This document shows, piece after piece, positions 41,038 through 50,629 of a stretch of 64,000 bases of DNA. The position numbers were made by a program, and so were the translations under genes. Origin of the DNA: Alphaproteobacteria bacterium (lineage in GTDB: Bacteria > Pseudomonadota > Alphaproteobacteria > Caedimonadales > UBA9215); assembly GCA_965204765.1 (NCBI GenBank), contig CBDBFG010000003.1, positions 33,412 to 97,411 on the forward strand, given 5' to 3'. Below the pieces are notes generated by a model, which ran no database searches, was not told where the DNA came from, and was given only the letters and a program-made list of their open reading frames with translations. Positions within the stretch are counted from its first letter, which is position 1. The number at the start of each line of letters is the position of its first letter.

Positions 41038-41235
41038 TACAATCTAAAATTTGATTATAATTTTAATAACATATTCTACACAAATGGTTAACAGAACGTA
41101 AAAATTAGACTAGAAATGGAAAATTTTTCCTAGTGGAAGGAAAAATGTACAACTTATGAATATAGTGATAGTGCTATGGGTTAGTTTTTCCAAAAACTAG
41201 GTAAAAATAATATTATAAAGGTTATATATTCTAAT

Positions 41236-42633
41236 CTACCTAAAATCATCCCCCCCCATTAACAACCATTTAGCACCTTCTGGTAAATGTAAAAATGAAC
41301 CTCCTGGTCCTATATACTGTCCTAAACCTGGCCCTATATTGTTGAGTGCACTAGCCGAAGCCGATAAAATTGTTACTAAATCTAAATCATAAACACTTAA
41401 ACCTAAACACAGAAAAGCAAAGCTAAATATATAAATTCCAAAAAATGTTAAGACAGAGTTTGCTACTCTATCCGATATCACCTGATTATTATATTTAGGG
41501 GTAAATACGCCATTAGGACGTCTAATTTGTTCTAAGTATGACCGTACGACTGTGAATATTATTTGATATCTAAATATTTTTATACTACCTGATGTAGAAC
41601 CGGTACACCCTCCAACCATCATTAGTACAAACAGTAACATTACTGGTAAACTACCCCACATGTTGTAATCAGCCGAAGTATAACCAGTAGTGCTAATAAT
41701 AGAAATTGTATTGAAGGCTGACTCTCTGAACGATTGTAGCAAAGAAATATTTTCATTTGTAAAACGCCATAGTGTTATCGATAACACACAAAAGGCTGTT
41801 AAACTCAAAAATGCTTGCACCTGGCTATCGCGCAAAATAGCATAATAATCCCCACGTAACATTTTAATAAACAAGATCAACGTAATAGAACTAACCAACA
41901 TAAAAATACAAATAATAAATTCTACTAGTGGATTCTGGAAATAACCTATTGAACTATCTGCTGTTGAAAATCCCCCAGTTGCAACCGTAGTCAATCCATG
42001 ACACAGCGCATCTATAAAATCCATACCCGCTAAGAAAAGAGCAAAAGAACATAATACTGTAAACAAAATATAGGTCGATACAATTGCTATGGCTATATGT
42101 GATACCCGAGGCATTATTTTTTCTGATCGATCAGAAAACTCACTATGTAAAAGCTGTATACCGCCAATCTTAAGCACAGGCATAACAGTAAAAGCCATAA
42201 CTATAATTCCTATACCCCCAAACCATTGCAATAGGGAACGCCACACCAATACACCATAAGAAGTAATATTTAAACCATCAATAACCGTTGCACCAGTCGT
42301 AGTAAGACCCGATATCGATTCAAATAAAGAGTCAGTATACGAACCATTGGGATTACATAAAACAAAAGGCATGGCTGCGAACAGTGGCACTATTAACCAA
42401 CTTATCGCGGTTAGTAAAAATGTCTCTCTTGTGGTCATAGTAAAACTATCAGAAGACTTATTCGCTATAATCATCAAAGTACCACAAAAGGCAGTAATCG
42501 CTATGGCGACGGCAAAGTTATGCCATTGCTCAGAATGAACCAGTAAATCTATTACCATTGGGATAATCATCATCATAGCTAAGGCTATCAAGAAAAAACC
42601 AATAGCTAAAAATATAGGACGAAATGATATCAA
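41236..42633 (-). CDS. trkH: potassium uptake protein TrkH; C-terminus disrupted by a frameshift in a G8 run (full gene would span 41181..42633)
   Basis: TrkH-family multi-TM protein (GLTTTGATV, SISTTGYTSADY, GGCTGSTSGSIK). As written it ends ...AKWLLMGGDDFR*. Removing one G restores ...KWLLMGGMILGRLEYITFIILFLPSFWKN*, the canonical TrkH tail. Confidence 0.9.
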   Translation of the reverse strand: MISFRPIFLAIGFFLIALAMMMIIPMVIDLLVHSEQWHNFAVAIAITAFCGTLMIIANKSSDSFTMTTRETFLLTAISWLIVPLFAAMPFVLCNPNGSYTDSLFESISGLTTTGATVIDGLNITSYGVLVWRSLLQWFGGIGIIVMAFTVMPVLKIGGIQLLHSEFSDRSEKIMPRVSHIAIAIVSTYILFTVLCSFALFLAGMDFIDALCHGLTTVATGGFSTADSSIGYFQNPLVEFIICIFMLVSSITLILFIKMLRGDYYAILRDSQVQAFLSLTAFCVLSITLWRFTNENISLLQSFRESAFNTISIISTTGYTSADYNMWGSLPVMLLFVLMMVGGCTGSTSGSIKIFRYQIIFTVVRSYLEQIRRPNGVFTPKYNNQVISDRVANSVLTFFGIYIFSFAFLCLGLSVYDLDLVTILSASASALNNIGPGLGQYIGPGGSFLHLPEGAKWLLMGGDDFR

Positions 42634-42773
42634 TGTTATAACCTATCACTTGTTACAATACTTTAACTTTATACTTATAGTTTTGTTATAATTATTACTT
42701 TAATTGTTATACGTTAAAACACTATAAGCAAACAATACAAGTCATTCTATATGCAAAAAGGTTAACAAAATAT

Positions 42774-42959
42774 TTATGGCATTTTGCTCATGATATATCG
42801 CAATTTCTTTAAAGCTATCTCTTGCATATACCCTTTGGTACATGAGGAAGCAGCCGTTATACTAACCTCTATTTTTGTTGCTACATCAAATGCTGTTACC
42901 TTGGTATAACGGCCCAAAGGCGTAAATTCAAAGATCACTTGTTGACTATTGTCATTCAT
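42774..42959 (-). CDS. small hypothetical protein (61 aa), possibly a conserved alphaproteobacterial DUF
   Basis: The pattern VIFEFTPLGRYTKVTAFDVATKIEVSI...ALKKLRYIM resembles small conserved proteins I recall from alphaproteobacteria. Family identity is not verified. Confidence 0.4.
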   Translation of the reverse strand: MNDNSQQVIFEFTPLGRYTKVTAFDVATKIEVSITAASSCTKGYMQEIALKKLRYIMSKMP

Positions 42960-43017
42960 TAACCATCCCCCATCTACTTGATTATACCTTAGAATTGTGT
43001 TACCACCAGTTTATATT

Positions 43018-43138
43018 CATCGGGGTGCCTGAATACGTAATATTTACCATTCACGCGTAAATATAGCACAAAAATTCGTATATGGCTGAGATTATACCCG
43101 TAGTGAACCTGATATGGGTAATGCCAACGAAGGAAAGT
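43018..43138 (+). promoter_or_regulatory. TPP (THI-box) riboswitch controlling thiBPQ
   Basis: Conserved aptamer elements GGGGTGCC (43022-43029), CTGAGA (43086-43091), ACCCG, GAACCTGATATGGGTAATGCCAACGAAGGAAAG. An extended P3 hairpin spans 43033-43081. The 3' aptamer tail AGGAAAG doubles as the SD, 7 nt before the thiB ATG. Confidence 0.9.
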
Positions 43139-43144
43139 GAATAA

Positions 43145-44071
43145 ATGCGATTATGTCTTGTTGCATGCTTAATAATTATCAATCATAAAAGCTGGGCACA
43201 GCAACCTGTGCTAATCTGCATACATGAATCTATGTATCAATGTATCAAGAATATTATTCGCAAACAAAAAATAAACAATGTAAAATTACAATCATTTTCT
43301 AGATCATCATTAATACTGCAACTTAGAAAACATCATCCAGATATCATTATTGGTATCGACAATAGCCAAATACATGAATCCTATATATCCTCTATCACCG
43401 CCAAAATACCAAAGCAATTTTTTACTAAATTAACGGTACCATTCGAATGGACTAATGAATTTTATATACCATTTGCATACATGTACGGGGCATTTTTTTA
43501 TAACAGTAAAAAAGTTCAATTGCAGCAAACTAACCTGGAACAATTCCTTTGCTCGGCGGCTAAGCAATCTATTATACTACCAGATCCCAGGACATCCTCC
43601 ATTGGTAGAGTATGGTTATCCTGGCTACACCATAATCGTACCCGATTACCACATAGTTTGTTAAAACAAAAGGTTGCTTGTTATCCGAAAAACTGGCAAG
43701 CATGTTTTACACTTTTTCATAATAATAATGCCCATGTTATGTTTGGCTACACAACATCATATCTGTATTATCTTGCTAATAATATCAGTCATGTAAAATG
43801 GATCAATTTTACTAAGCAACCTCACCCTATAAAAGTATTTACCGTTATAGTGAACAAAAATTCTAACCATACTAAGTTGACCATAACAAAAATATTAACC
43901 TTCCTATATAGCAAACCTTTGCAAGACTCTCTCACACAATGTTATTGCTTTCCTGTTATCGATACTAATATTTCAGATGAATTTAAATTATGCATACCGT
44001 TGCGAAGTTACGTACCAATACCTGTCAAAGAAACTGAATTAATAAATAGTTGGTTTATAGGTAGTATCTGA
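43145..44071 (+). CDS. thiB: thiamine ABC transporter periplasmic binding protein
   Basis: Blocks align with E. coli TbpA/ThiB as I recall it: DIIIGIDNSQ (ADVVLGLDNNL), YIPFAYMYGAFFYNSKK (FVPFDYGYFAFVYDKNK), ILPDPRTSSIGRVWLSWL (IYQDPRTSTPGLGLLLWM), MFGYTTSYLYY (VLSYTTSPAYH). It has a signal peptide and an upstream TPP riboswitch. Confidence 0.8.
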   Translation: MRLCLVACLIIINHKSWAQQPVLICIHESMYQCIKNIIRKQKINNVKLQSFSRSSLILQLRKHHPDIIIGIDNSQIHESYISSITAKIPKQFFTKLTVPFEWTNEFYIPFAYMYGAFFYNSKKVQLQQTNLEQFLCSAAKQSIILPDPRTSSIGRVWLSWLHHNRTRLPHSLLKQKVACYPKNWQACFTLFHNNNAHVMFGYTTSYLYYLANNISHVKWINFTKQPHPIKVFTVIVNKNSNHTKLTITKILTFLYSKPLQDSLTQCYCFPVIDTNISDEFKLCIPLRSYVPIPVKETELINSWFIGSI

Positions 44072-45447
44072 TGCTTACTATAATGATGCATATTGTCAAA
44101 AACACCATATTACAAGCAATAATATCTGCTACAATCAGCTGTGCAGTCGGGATATTAATCGCCAGAACAATTCATTTGTATCATCTTACAAGAATTACCC
44201 TGGGTGTACGCATACTAGGACAATTAATGTTCATTACTCCGTCTATATCGATATGTATTATTGCACTTAATACATTAGACAACATACAAGGAATACAAGG
44301 AATTATTGTTTGTAACGTTGCCATTAACTTATTCTATTGTTGCACAGTAATCCTCGACACATACCAAACCCAATTTACCCAACATACCCGTAGTAGTATT
44401 GCATTATTAAAATTGGATAATCTGCAAAAAATTATGCTACTTGAATTACCAATTATTAAGTCAGCAATTGCATATTCATTTATCATTACTTTGATTATGT
44501 GTATAAATAATTTTGGTATTTGCATGATCATGGGAAACGGCCCGCAAACCACAACGCTACCCGTAATGATTTATCAATATTCTACCCTTGATCAAGACAA
44601 TCTAGTGTTAATCACTTGTATTGTATTACAAGTCTCATTATCGATGGCATGCTTTATTAGTATGCATAAAATGCACGATGTAAAGCTTGGTCAAAATTAC
44701 ATATGGCAAAATAATCAACAGCTACACCCTGTCTGGTTACTAAGTGCAGTAGTGATTAGCACATACTATTTTGCCCCATTTATACAAAATAACTATTGCG
44801 TTAATACACTGACAAATTCTATCACAATAGCCACAATCACAGGATTACTCTGCATGAGTCTTAGCCTGTTCATTCTTACCTATCTTTTCATCACGCAAAA
44901 AATATATAATTTACGATATCACTACATCATGAACGGTCTATGCAGTATACCCAACCTGGTTATAATAACCTCGGTATATGCTATATCGCTACGATTGCTC
45001 AATGATCGCTATAGCTGTGTAATAGCGTTAATAATAGTTAATGTGCTGCTGTACATACCATTTACATTATTTTTCCTTGTCAACAGTATCAAGAAACTTT
45101 CCCGAAATTATTATCAATCAACCTTATTACTACGACTAAATTATTGGCAAGTATTATTTACAATTATATTACCATTATGTAAACGCAATATAACCCTGGT
45201 TGCTGGTATCATTTGCTGTTTTGCTATGGGTGATATTAGCGCACAACTTTTTTTCCTCATGGATCATGTAGAAACTTTGGCTATACAAGGCTATAAAACA
45301 GCCATTGTTTATAATCTGCAGGATGCAAGACAATATAATAACACTTTATTAACTATAGTGTACCTATTCATAATTGCTATCAATACAAGGTGGAAAATTG
45401 AAAAAATTAATTATAAAAAATTTAGAACATTGCTACGAACAGAATAA
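44071..45447 (+). CDS. thiP: thiamine ABC transporter permease
   Basis: 458 aa polytopic membrane protein (two permease-like halves) between thiB and thiQ. Its start overlaps the thiB stop (ATGA-type junction at 44071). Confidence 0.75.
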   Translation: MLTIMMHIVKNTILQAIISATISCAVGILIARTIHLYHLTRITLGVRILGQLMFITPSISICIIALNTLDNIQGIQGIIVCNVAINLFYCCTVILDTYQTQFTQHTRSSIALLKLDNLQKIMLLELPIIKSAIAYSFIITLIMCINNFGICMIMGNGPQTTTLPVMIYQYSTLDQDNLVLITCIVLQVSLSMACFISMHKMHDVKLGQNYIWQNNQQLHPVWLLSAVVISTYYFAPFIQNNYCVNTLTNSITIATITGLLCMSLSLFILTYLFITQKIYNLRYHYIMNGLCSIPNLVIITSVYAISLRLLNDRYSCVIALIIVNVLLYIPFTLFFLVNSIKKLSRNYYQSTLLLRLNYWQVLFTIILPLCKRNITLVAGIICCFAMGDISAQLFFLMDHVETLAIQGYKTAIVYNLQDARQYNNTLLTIVYLFIIAINTRWKIEKINYKKFRTLLRTE

Positions 45448-46000
45448 AATCTATAAATCTATAACCTATAACTTTTCTGTTGAGCCAACGAGACCAATAG
45501 CTATTATCGGCAAAAGTGGCTCTGGCAAAACATCTTTGCTTAATTTGATCACAGGCTTCACAACAATACAAGCAGGTAGCATACTATACAATGGACAAGA
45601 TATTAGTAACGATCAAGTTACCAAACGGCCAATTTCTTATCTAATGCAAAACCATATGCTATTTAACCATTTAAACCTCATGGATAATATGATTTTGGGC
45701 AACAGCAAAGCATCCCATAACATCCTTAAAATAGCTACTCACCTTGAAATAGCAGATCTTTTATCTTCCTACCCTAATCAAATTTCAACAGGACAAAGAC
45801 AACGTGCTTGCCTCATACAAGTAATCTTACAACAACGTCCTATTGTGCTATTAGATGAACCATTTGCTGGCTTAGATTACTATATGAAATGTAAATGTAT
45901 TGAACTAATAAAACAATATTGCAATAATTATCTAATTATTACTACCCACGATTTGGATGATATAACATTATTGGATGCAACGCCATATTATCTCCAATAG
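45374..46000 (+). CDS. thiQ: thiamine ABC transporter ATP-binding protein
   Basis: Walker A GKSGSGKTSLLN, signature-like ISTGQRQR and Walker B IVLLDEPFAGLD. A TTG at 45398 preceded by AAGGTGGA may be the true start. Confidence 0.8.
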   Translation: MLSIQGGKLKKLIIKNLEHCYEQNKIYKSITYNFSVEPTRPIAIIGKSGSGKTSLLNLITGFTTIQAGSILYNGQDISNDQVTKRPISYLMQNHMLFNHLNLMDNMILGNSKASHNILKIATHLEIADLLSSYPNQISTGQRQRACLIQVILQQRPIVLLDEPFAGLDYYMKCKCIELIKQYCNNYLIITTHDLDDITLLDATPYYLQ

Positions 46001-46093
46001 TGTACGCACTATGGTGTTTTTGATATTGACTTTTGTCGTAAAACCATATATCAGTGGGATAAATTTGTTTTTATAATATTAAAGGAGAAGAAA

Positions 46094-46375
46094 ATGGCTC
46101 GTCGTTGTGCATTATTAGCAGACAAGGGTGTTATGACAGGTAATAATGTCAGTCATGCTAACAACAGAACTCGCCGTCGTTTCCTACCTAACCTACAAGA
46201 AACTACATTTGTCAGCAAGGTTCTTGGCAAAGTTTCACTACGAGTTTCTACTAAAGCAATACGTACAGTAGAGGTCAAAGGTGGAATCGATAGCTTCTTA
46301 CTATCCATGGCTAACTCCAAGCTAACTGTGGAAGCAGCAAAATTAAAGAATAAACTTAAGAAACTTAGTAGCTAA
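46094..46375 (+). CDS. rpmB: 50S ribosomal protein L28
   Basis: [35 protein letters not shown] is the canonical L28 N-terminus. RBS AAGGAGAA. Confidence 0.95.
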   Translation: MARRCALLADKGVMTGNNVSHANNRTRRRFLPNLQETTFVSKVLGKVSLRVSTKAIRTVEVKGGIDSFLLSMANSKLTVEAAKLKNKLKKLSS

Positions 46376-46438
46376 ATCGCTTAATGCTACTAAGTATATA
46401 CAACTGTACACACACTCAATACGTATAATGCCAAGTTT

Positions 46439-47704
46439 TTATTTTTTTTCAGTATAGTGTACTATGTATGCTATGCTTGCGTCTCCACAAACATTGACAG
46501 CTGTCCTGATCATGTCTAGTATTCTATCAACAGCCAAAATAATACCTATTGCTTCTAACGGTAGTTTAAATTGTTGCAATATAATTGTAAGAGTAATTAA
46601 CCCAGCAGAAGGTACAGCTGCCGTACCAATAGAAGCAATAACTGCTAACAACACTATTTCTAAATATTGTATAAAAGTTAAATCTACCCCAGCTATTTGA
46701 GCTATAAATATAGTAGCCATGCCCTGCATAATAGCGGTACCATCCATATTAATCGAGGCACCCACAGGTACGACAAACGAAGCGATATTAGGATTCACAC
46801 CTAAATCTTTGGTAACAGTTTTTAAAGTAACTGGAATTGTAGCGGCACTGGAAGAAGTTGAAAAAGCAAATAAAATTACATGCTTCATTTTTCTGAAAAA
46901 TTTCAGTGGATTCATTTTAGTAAATATATGTAATAAGACAGAATAAGAAACCATCGCATGAAACACTAATACAGCTACTAAACTAACGACATACATCGCG
47001 ACATCTTTGAAAATATCTAACCCATGCGCTAAAACAAATTTCCCAGACAAACAAAATACTCCGATAGGAGCAAAACTCATAATCATTACCACTATATGTA
47101 GAAAAACATGATTTATTTTAGCAAAGCTCTTTTTAAATCCGCCATCCTTTGTGCTTGCTTTATTAATTGCAATCCCAAAGATTATGGCAAATAACACTAC
47201 AGCCAATATTTGATTATTTGCAAAAGCCTGGAAAATATTATCAGGAAATATATTTAATATGGTTGTATATAAATTTTGTTTTGCAGGTATCGTTGGTAAT
47301 TTAGACGCAGTAAAAACATAATTTGACCCTGGTTGCAAAATCCAGCCGATCAGTAACGAAGTTGACACCGCCAAAGCTGTTGTTGCCATATACAAAACTA
47401 TAGTTTTGGTACTAATGCTTTTTAGATTGGCCATTTTCCCTAAAGATGCAATGCCATCAGCCAATGAAAAAAATATCAACGGCACAGAAATTGCTTTTAA
47501 CAGGTTCATAAAAATCTTACCGCCTAAAATAAATACGTATTTATTTAAGGCATCCTCAAAACCGTCTGGTATGAAAGGTAAATAATAGATTATTGTGGCA
47601 ATAACAAACCCAGCGAACATACCAAACAGTATATTTCTGGTTAAATTTTTAGGGTTTGTTGGTTTGTTTAATTTAGATAAATCTCGTACTAATGATTGTG
47701 TCAT
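46439..47704 (-). CDS. dicarboxylate/amino acid:cation symporter (DAACS / GltP-DctA family)
   Basis: 421 aa multi-TM protein with SSSAATIPV and VGASINMDGTAI reentrant-loop motifs and a DRILDMIRTAVNVCGDA C-terminal motif. Confidence 0.85.
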   Translation of the reverse strand: MTQSLVRDLSKLNKPTNPKNLTRNILFGMFAGFVIATIIYYLPFIPDGFEDALNKYVFILGGKIFMNLLKAISVPLIFFSLADGIASLGKMANLKSISTKTIVLYMATTALAVSTSLLIGWILQPGSNYVFTASKLPTIPAKQNLYTTILNIFPDNIFQAFANNQILAVVLFAIIFGIAINKASTKDGGFKKSFAKINHVFLHIVVMIMSFAPIGVFCLSGKFVLAHGLDIFKDVAMYVVSLVAVLVFHAMVSYSVLLHIFTKMNPLKFFRKMKHVILFAFSTSSSAATIPVTLKTVTKDLGVNPNIASFVVPVGASINMDGTAIMQGMATIFIAQIAGVDLTFIQYLEIVLLAVIASIGTAAVPSAGLITLTIILQQFKLPLEAIGIILAVDRILDMIRTAVNVCGDASIAYIVHYTEKK

Positions 47705-47933
47705 AATTTAAACCAAGTAAGCTAATGTTGATTGTATACTAAAACGCAATAAGTTAAAATTTTACTAAAAATTTAATTACCCTTTCTTCATGATAGATAA
47801 GCATAAAATGAACTTAATAACTTCAGATACCAAGAAAATCCTACCGATTCAGTGCCTTGTAAACAAAAGCAACTGCTCAGAGAATAACCTTTATAAGCTA
47901 TAACTTACATATCACCATCAATGATTAGCAATG

Positions 47934-48206
47934 CTACAAAGGGCACTCGTGTAAAATATTTGCACGGTAATGCTGCCTTAATTCCTCGTATTTACCGCAA
48001 CTATAAACAAAATTACTTACATGTATCCGGGATGAGCAGCCTATTTTACTCATTATACTTCTGTTATGAGTTTCCACCGTTTTATAAGAGATAGATAGTA
48101 ACAAACCTATTTCCTTGTTACTTTTACCATTTATCACACAAGAAATTATATCTCTCTCTCGTGCTGTAAAGTGCTGATCACCCATTTTCAAACCTGGTCT
48201 CTCCAT
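47934..48206 (-). CDS. stand-alone LuxR/GerE-type HTH transcriptional regulator (DNA-binding domain only)
   Basis: 90 aa with FTARERDIISCVINGKSNKEIGLLLSISYKTVETHNRSIMSKIG, a GerE-type HTH. No receiver or autoinducer-binding domain. Confidence 0.7.
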   Translation of the reverse strand: MERPGLKMGDQHFTARERDIISCVINGKSNKEIGLLLSISYKTVETHNRSIMSKIGCSSRIHVSNFVYSCGKYEELRQHYRANILHECPL

Positions 48207-48783
48207 AGCTACACCTTTACATATAATATCCTCCCCTTAGGTTGATTTTAGTACATTTTTACCATATTGTCATTAGTTTTACGAATAGCTGTGTGGTACA
48301 TTCATTATTAATCAATGAAACAATTTGTATAGAAGACAAATAAAATAAGAGTACTAACAGAAATAATCAATACTGGTTGGTTTACCCATATATACTTGTA
48401 TTACTGGTAAGATAATTAAATCCAGTAGAAACTACAGAGTACTATAACTTTGCAACTCAGAATCACAAAGTATTTAAATACCGAAATACAAATGTTCCAA
48501 ACTTATCATCGCACAATGTAATTGTAAGAGAATAATTATTATCAATACCTAATACAACTTGGCAACCACATATATGCTACCTCAGGATATTACTAAATTA
48601 GAGCATTCGTAATTAAGAGATGAAATTTATATTCTTTTTCAACACAAGTATTGTACCTCAAACCTTAGCTAGCTACTAAGGAATTTCGATAATGCAAAAA
48701 CCGTCTAGGGGAAACAAATATCACTTGATTATGTTATCTCATATATTAGGAATACGTACGCATTAATAACAACAAATGAACTA

Positions 48784-49800
48784 CTAAACTGCCCTGCAAA
48801 GACAAAAATTAACCATACCTAGTAAGTATTGTTTTATTACACTTTCCGGCACATTAGTTAATGCATATTTGGCCTGATTACCAAATTCTATTGCTTTAGT
48901 TTTGGCATAAGTAATAGAACTATTAACCATCATTATATCAATTACGTGCGCCAGATCATCATGTGTTATATCACCTTTAGCTAAAATATCACGTAATTTG
49001 GCTTTATGCTGATCTGAACCAGTATGGTAAGCATGAATAAGAGGTAATGTTACTTTGTGCTCTTTTAAGTCATCACCAATATTTTTGCCTAATTCATCTG
49101 CATTAGAGGTGTAATCTAAAATATCATCTATAATTTGAAAGCACATACCAAGATTAGTACCAAATTGCGCCAACGATTGTTGTATATTCTTGTCTTGATT
49201 GGTGATCATACTACCAACTGTACATGCAGCAGAGAATAAAGTCGCAGTCTTTGAATTAACAACCTGATAATACTGCTGTTCACTAATATCTAGGCTATAG
49301 CTATTGGTTAATTGCATCACTTCACCCTCGGCTATCATCGCAGAAGCATTAGATAAAAGTGATAATACTTTTATGTTACCAGCATCAGTCATAAGCTGAA
49401 AAGCCCTAGAAAACAGAAAATCACCGACAAGAACACTAGCCTGGTTACCCCATACAATATTTGCTGTATCCTTACCACGACGAATATCACTATTATCGAC
49501 AACATCATCGTGTAGCAAGGTCGCTGTATGAATAAATTCTATACTAGCAGCCAAGTCTATATGCTTCGAACCTTGATAGCCAAACATACGCGCACAAGCT
49601 AAAGTCAACAAAGGCCTTAGTCTTTTGCCACCGGCTGAAACTAGGTAATCTGCTAGCTCTTGTATCAAGTATACTTTGCTATGCATTTTAGCAAGCATCA
49701 CATTATAAACCTGTACCATCTCATCTTGCATGTAATTAGCGAATTCGGCTAATATGTCTTGTTTATGTTCTATCTCTTGGGTTTGTGCAGGATTCCCCAT
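48784..49800 (-). CDS. ispB: polyprenyl (octaprenyl) diphosphate synthase
   Basis: FARM LLHDDVVD and SARM FQIIDDILD motifs, GKRLRP; 338 aa. Confidence 0.9.
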   Translation of the reverse strand: MGNPAQTQEIEHKQDILAEFANYMQDEMVQVYNVMLAKMHSKVYLIQELADYLVSAGGKRLRPLLTLACARMFGYQGSKHIDLAASIEFIHTATLLHDDVVDNSDIRRGKDTANIVWGNQASVLVGDFLFSRAFQLMTDAGNIKVLSLLSNASAMIAEGEVMQLTNSYSLDISEQQYYQVVNSKTATLFSAACTVGSMITNQDKNIQQSLAQFGTNLGMCFQIIDDILDYTSNADELGKNIGDDLKEHKVTLPLIHAYHTGSDQHKAKLRDILAKGDITHDDLAHVIDIMMVNSSITYAKTKAIEFGNQAKYALTNVPESVIKQYLLGMVNFCLCRAV

Positions 49801-49869
49801 AAACTTATACCTTGTATTTTTTGAATCTTGTGGCTAAAAATTACATACAACATGAATACCTTATTTTAG

Positions 49870-50604
49870 ATGCAGAATACAACTAATAATATTTTAAATG
49901 GCAAAATAAAAATCATCCAACCTAAAAAAGGGTATCGCGCTGCTATTGATCCTATCCTATTAGCAGCCAGCGTCTTATCCAAAAAAAATGAAAGCGTTCT
50001 TGATGTTGGGTGCGGAGTTGGTACCGCGCTTTTAGCCTTGGCTCATAGAGTAAAGGATATTAATATTACCGGCCTCGAGATACAACCAAACTTAGCCAAA
50101 CTAGCCTTACAAAATAGCAATATAAATAATTTGCAAGATCGTATTAATATTATCAACGATGACTTGCATAACCCTGATTTGTCTTTACAACCTAACCATT
50201 TTAATCATGTGATGTCCAACCCGCCATATTTTATCGATCATAATGGCCAAATATCACCTTATCCTAACAAAGCCATTTCTAATTGTGGCGCCAAAGAATT
50301 ATTACAATCATGGGTTAGCTTTTGTATTAAATATCTCAAACCCCGAGGCTATGCACACTTTATTTTTACCAGCACCAGAATAGATGAGCTACTAGCAATA
50401 ATGCAGAACAAATTAGGCGATGTGCGAATATACCCTTTGTGGCCTAATGCCAATAAACCATCAAAACTAGTGATTGTACAAGGCAGGAAAAGTGTAAAAT
50501 CACCAGCACAAATATTGCCTGGTATGATAATGCACAAAAATAATGGCAAACATACCAAACATTTGAATAATGTACTTATTGATGGTAAAGGTATAGAACT
50601 TTGA
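49870..50604 (+). CDS. SAM-dependent N6-adenine methyltransferase (tRNA m6A37 TrmN6/YfiC-like)
   Basis: SAM motif I VLDVGCGVGTA and the catalytic NPPYF tetrad. 244 aa, divergent from ispB. Confidence 0.7.
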   Translation: MQNTTNNILNGKIKIIQPKKGYRAAIDPILLAASVLSKKNESVLDVGCGVGTALLALAHRVKDINITGLEIQPNLAKLALQNSNINNLQDRINIINDDLHNPDLSLQPNHFNHVMSNPPYFIDHNGQISPYPNKAISNCGAKELLQSWVSFCIKYLKPRGYAHFIFTSTRIDELLAIMQNKLGDVRIYPLWPNANKPSKLVIVQGRKSVKSPAQILPGMIMHKNNGKHTKHLNNVLIDGKGIEL

Positions 50605-50629
50605 TTAACATGACCTTAAGAGAAAAATA

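Noticed and set aside
48662-48680. CCTTAG-CTAGCTA-CTAAGG hairpin about 100 nt downstream of ispB as a terminator
   Set aside because: The stem is only 6 bp with a weak T tract, which is not distinguishable from chance.
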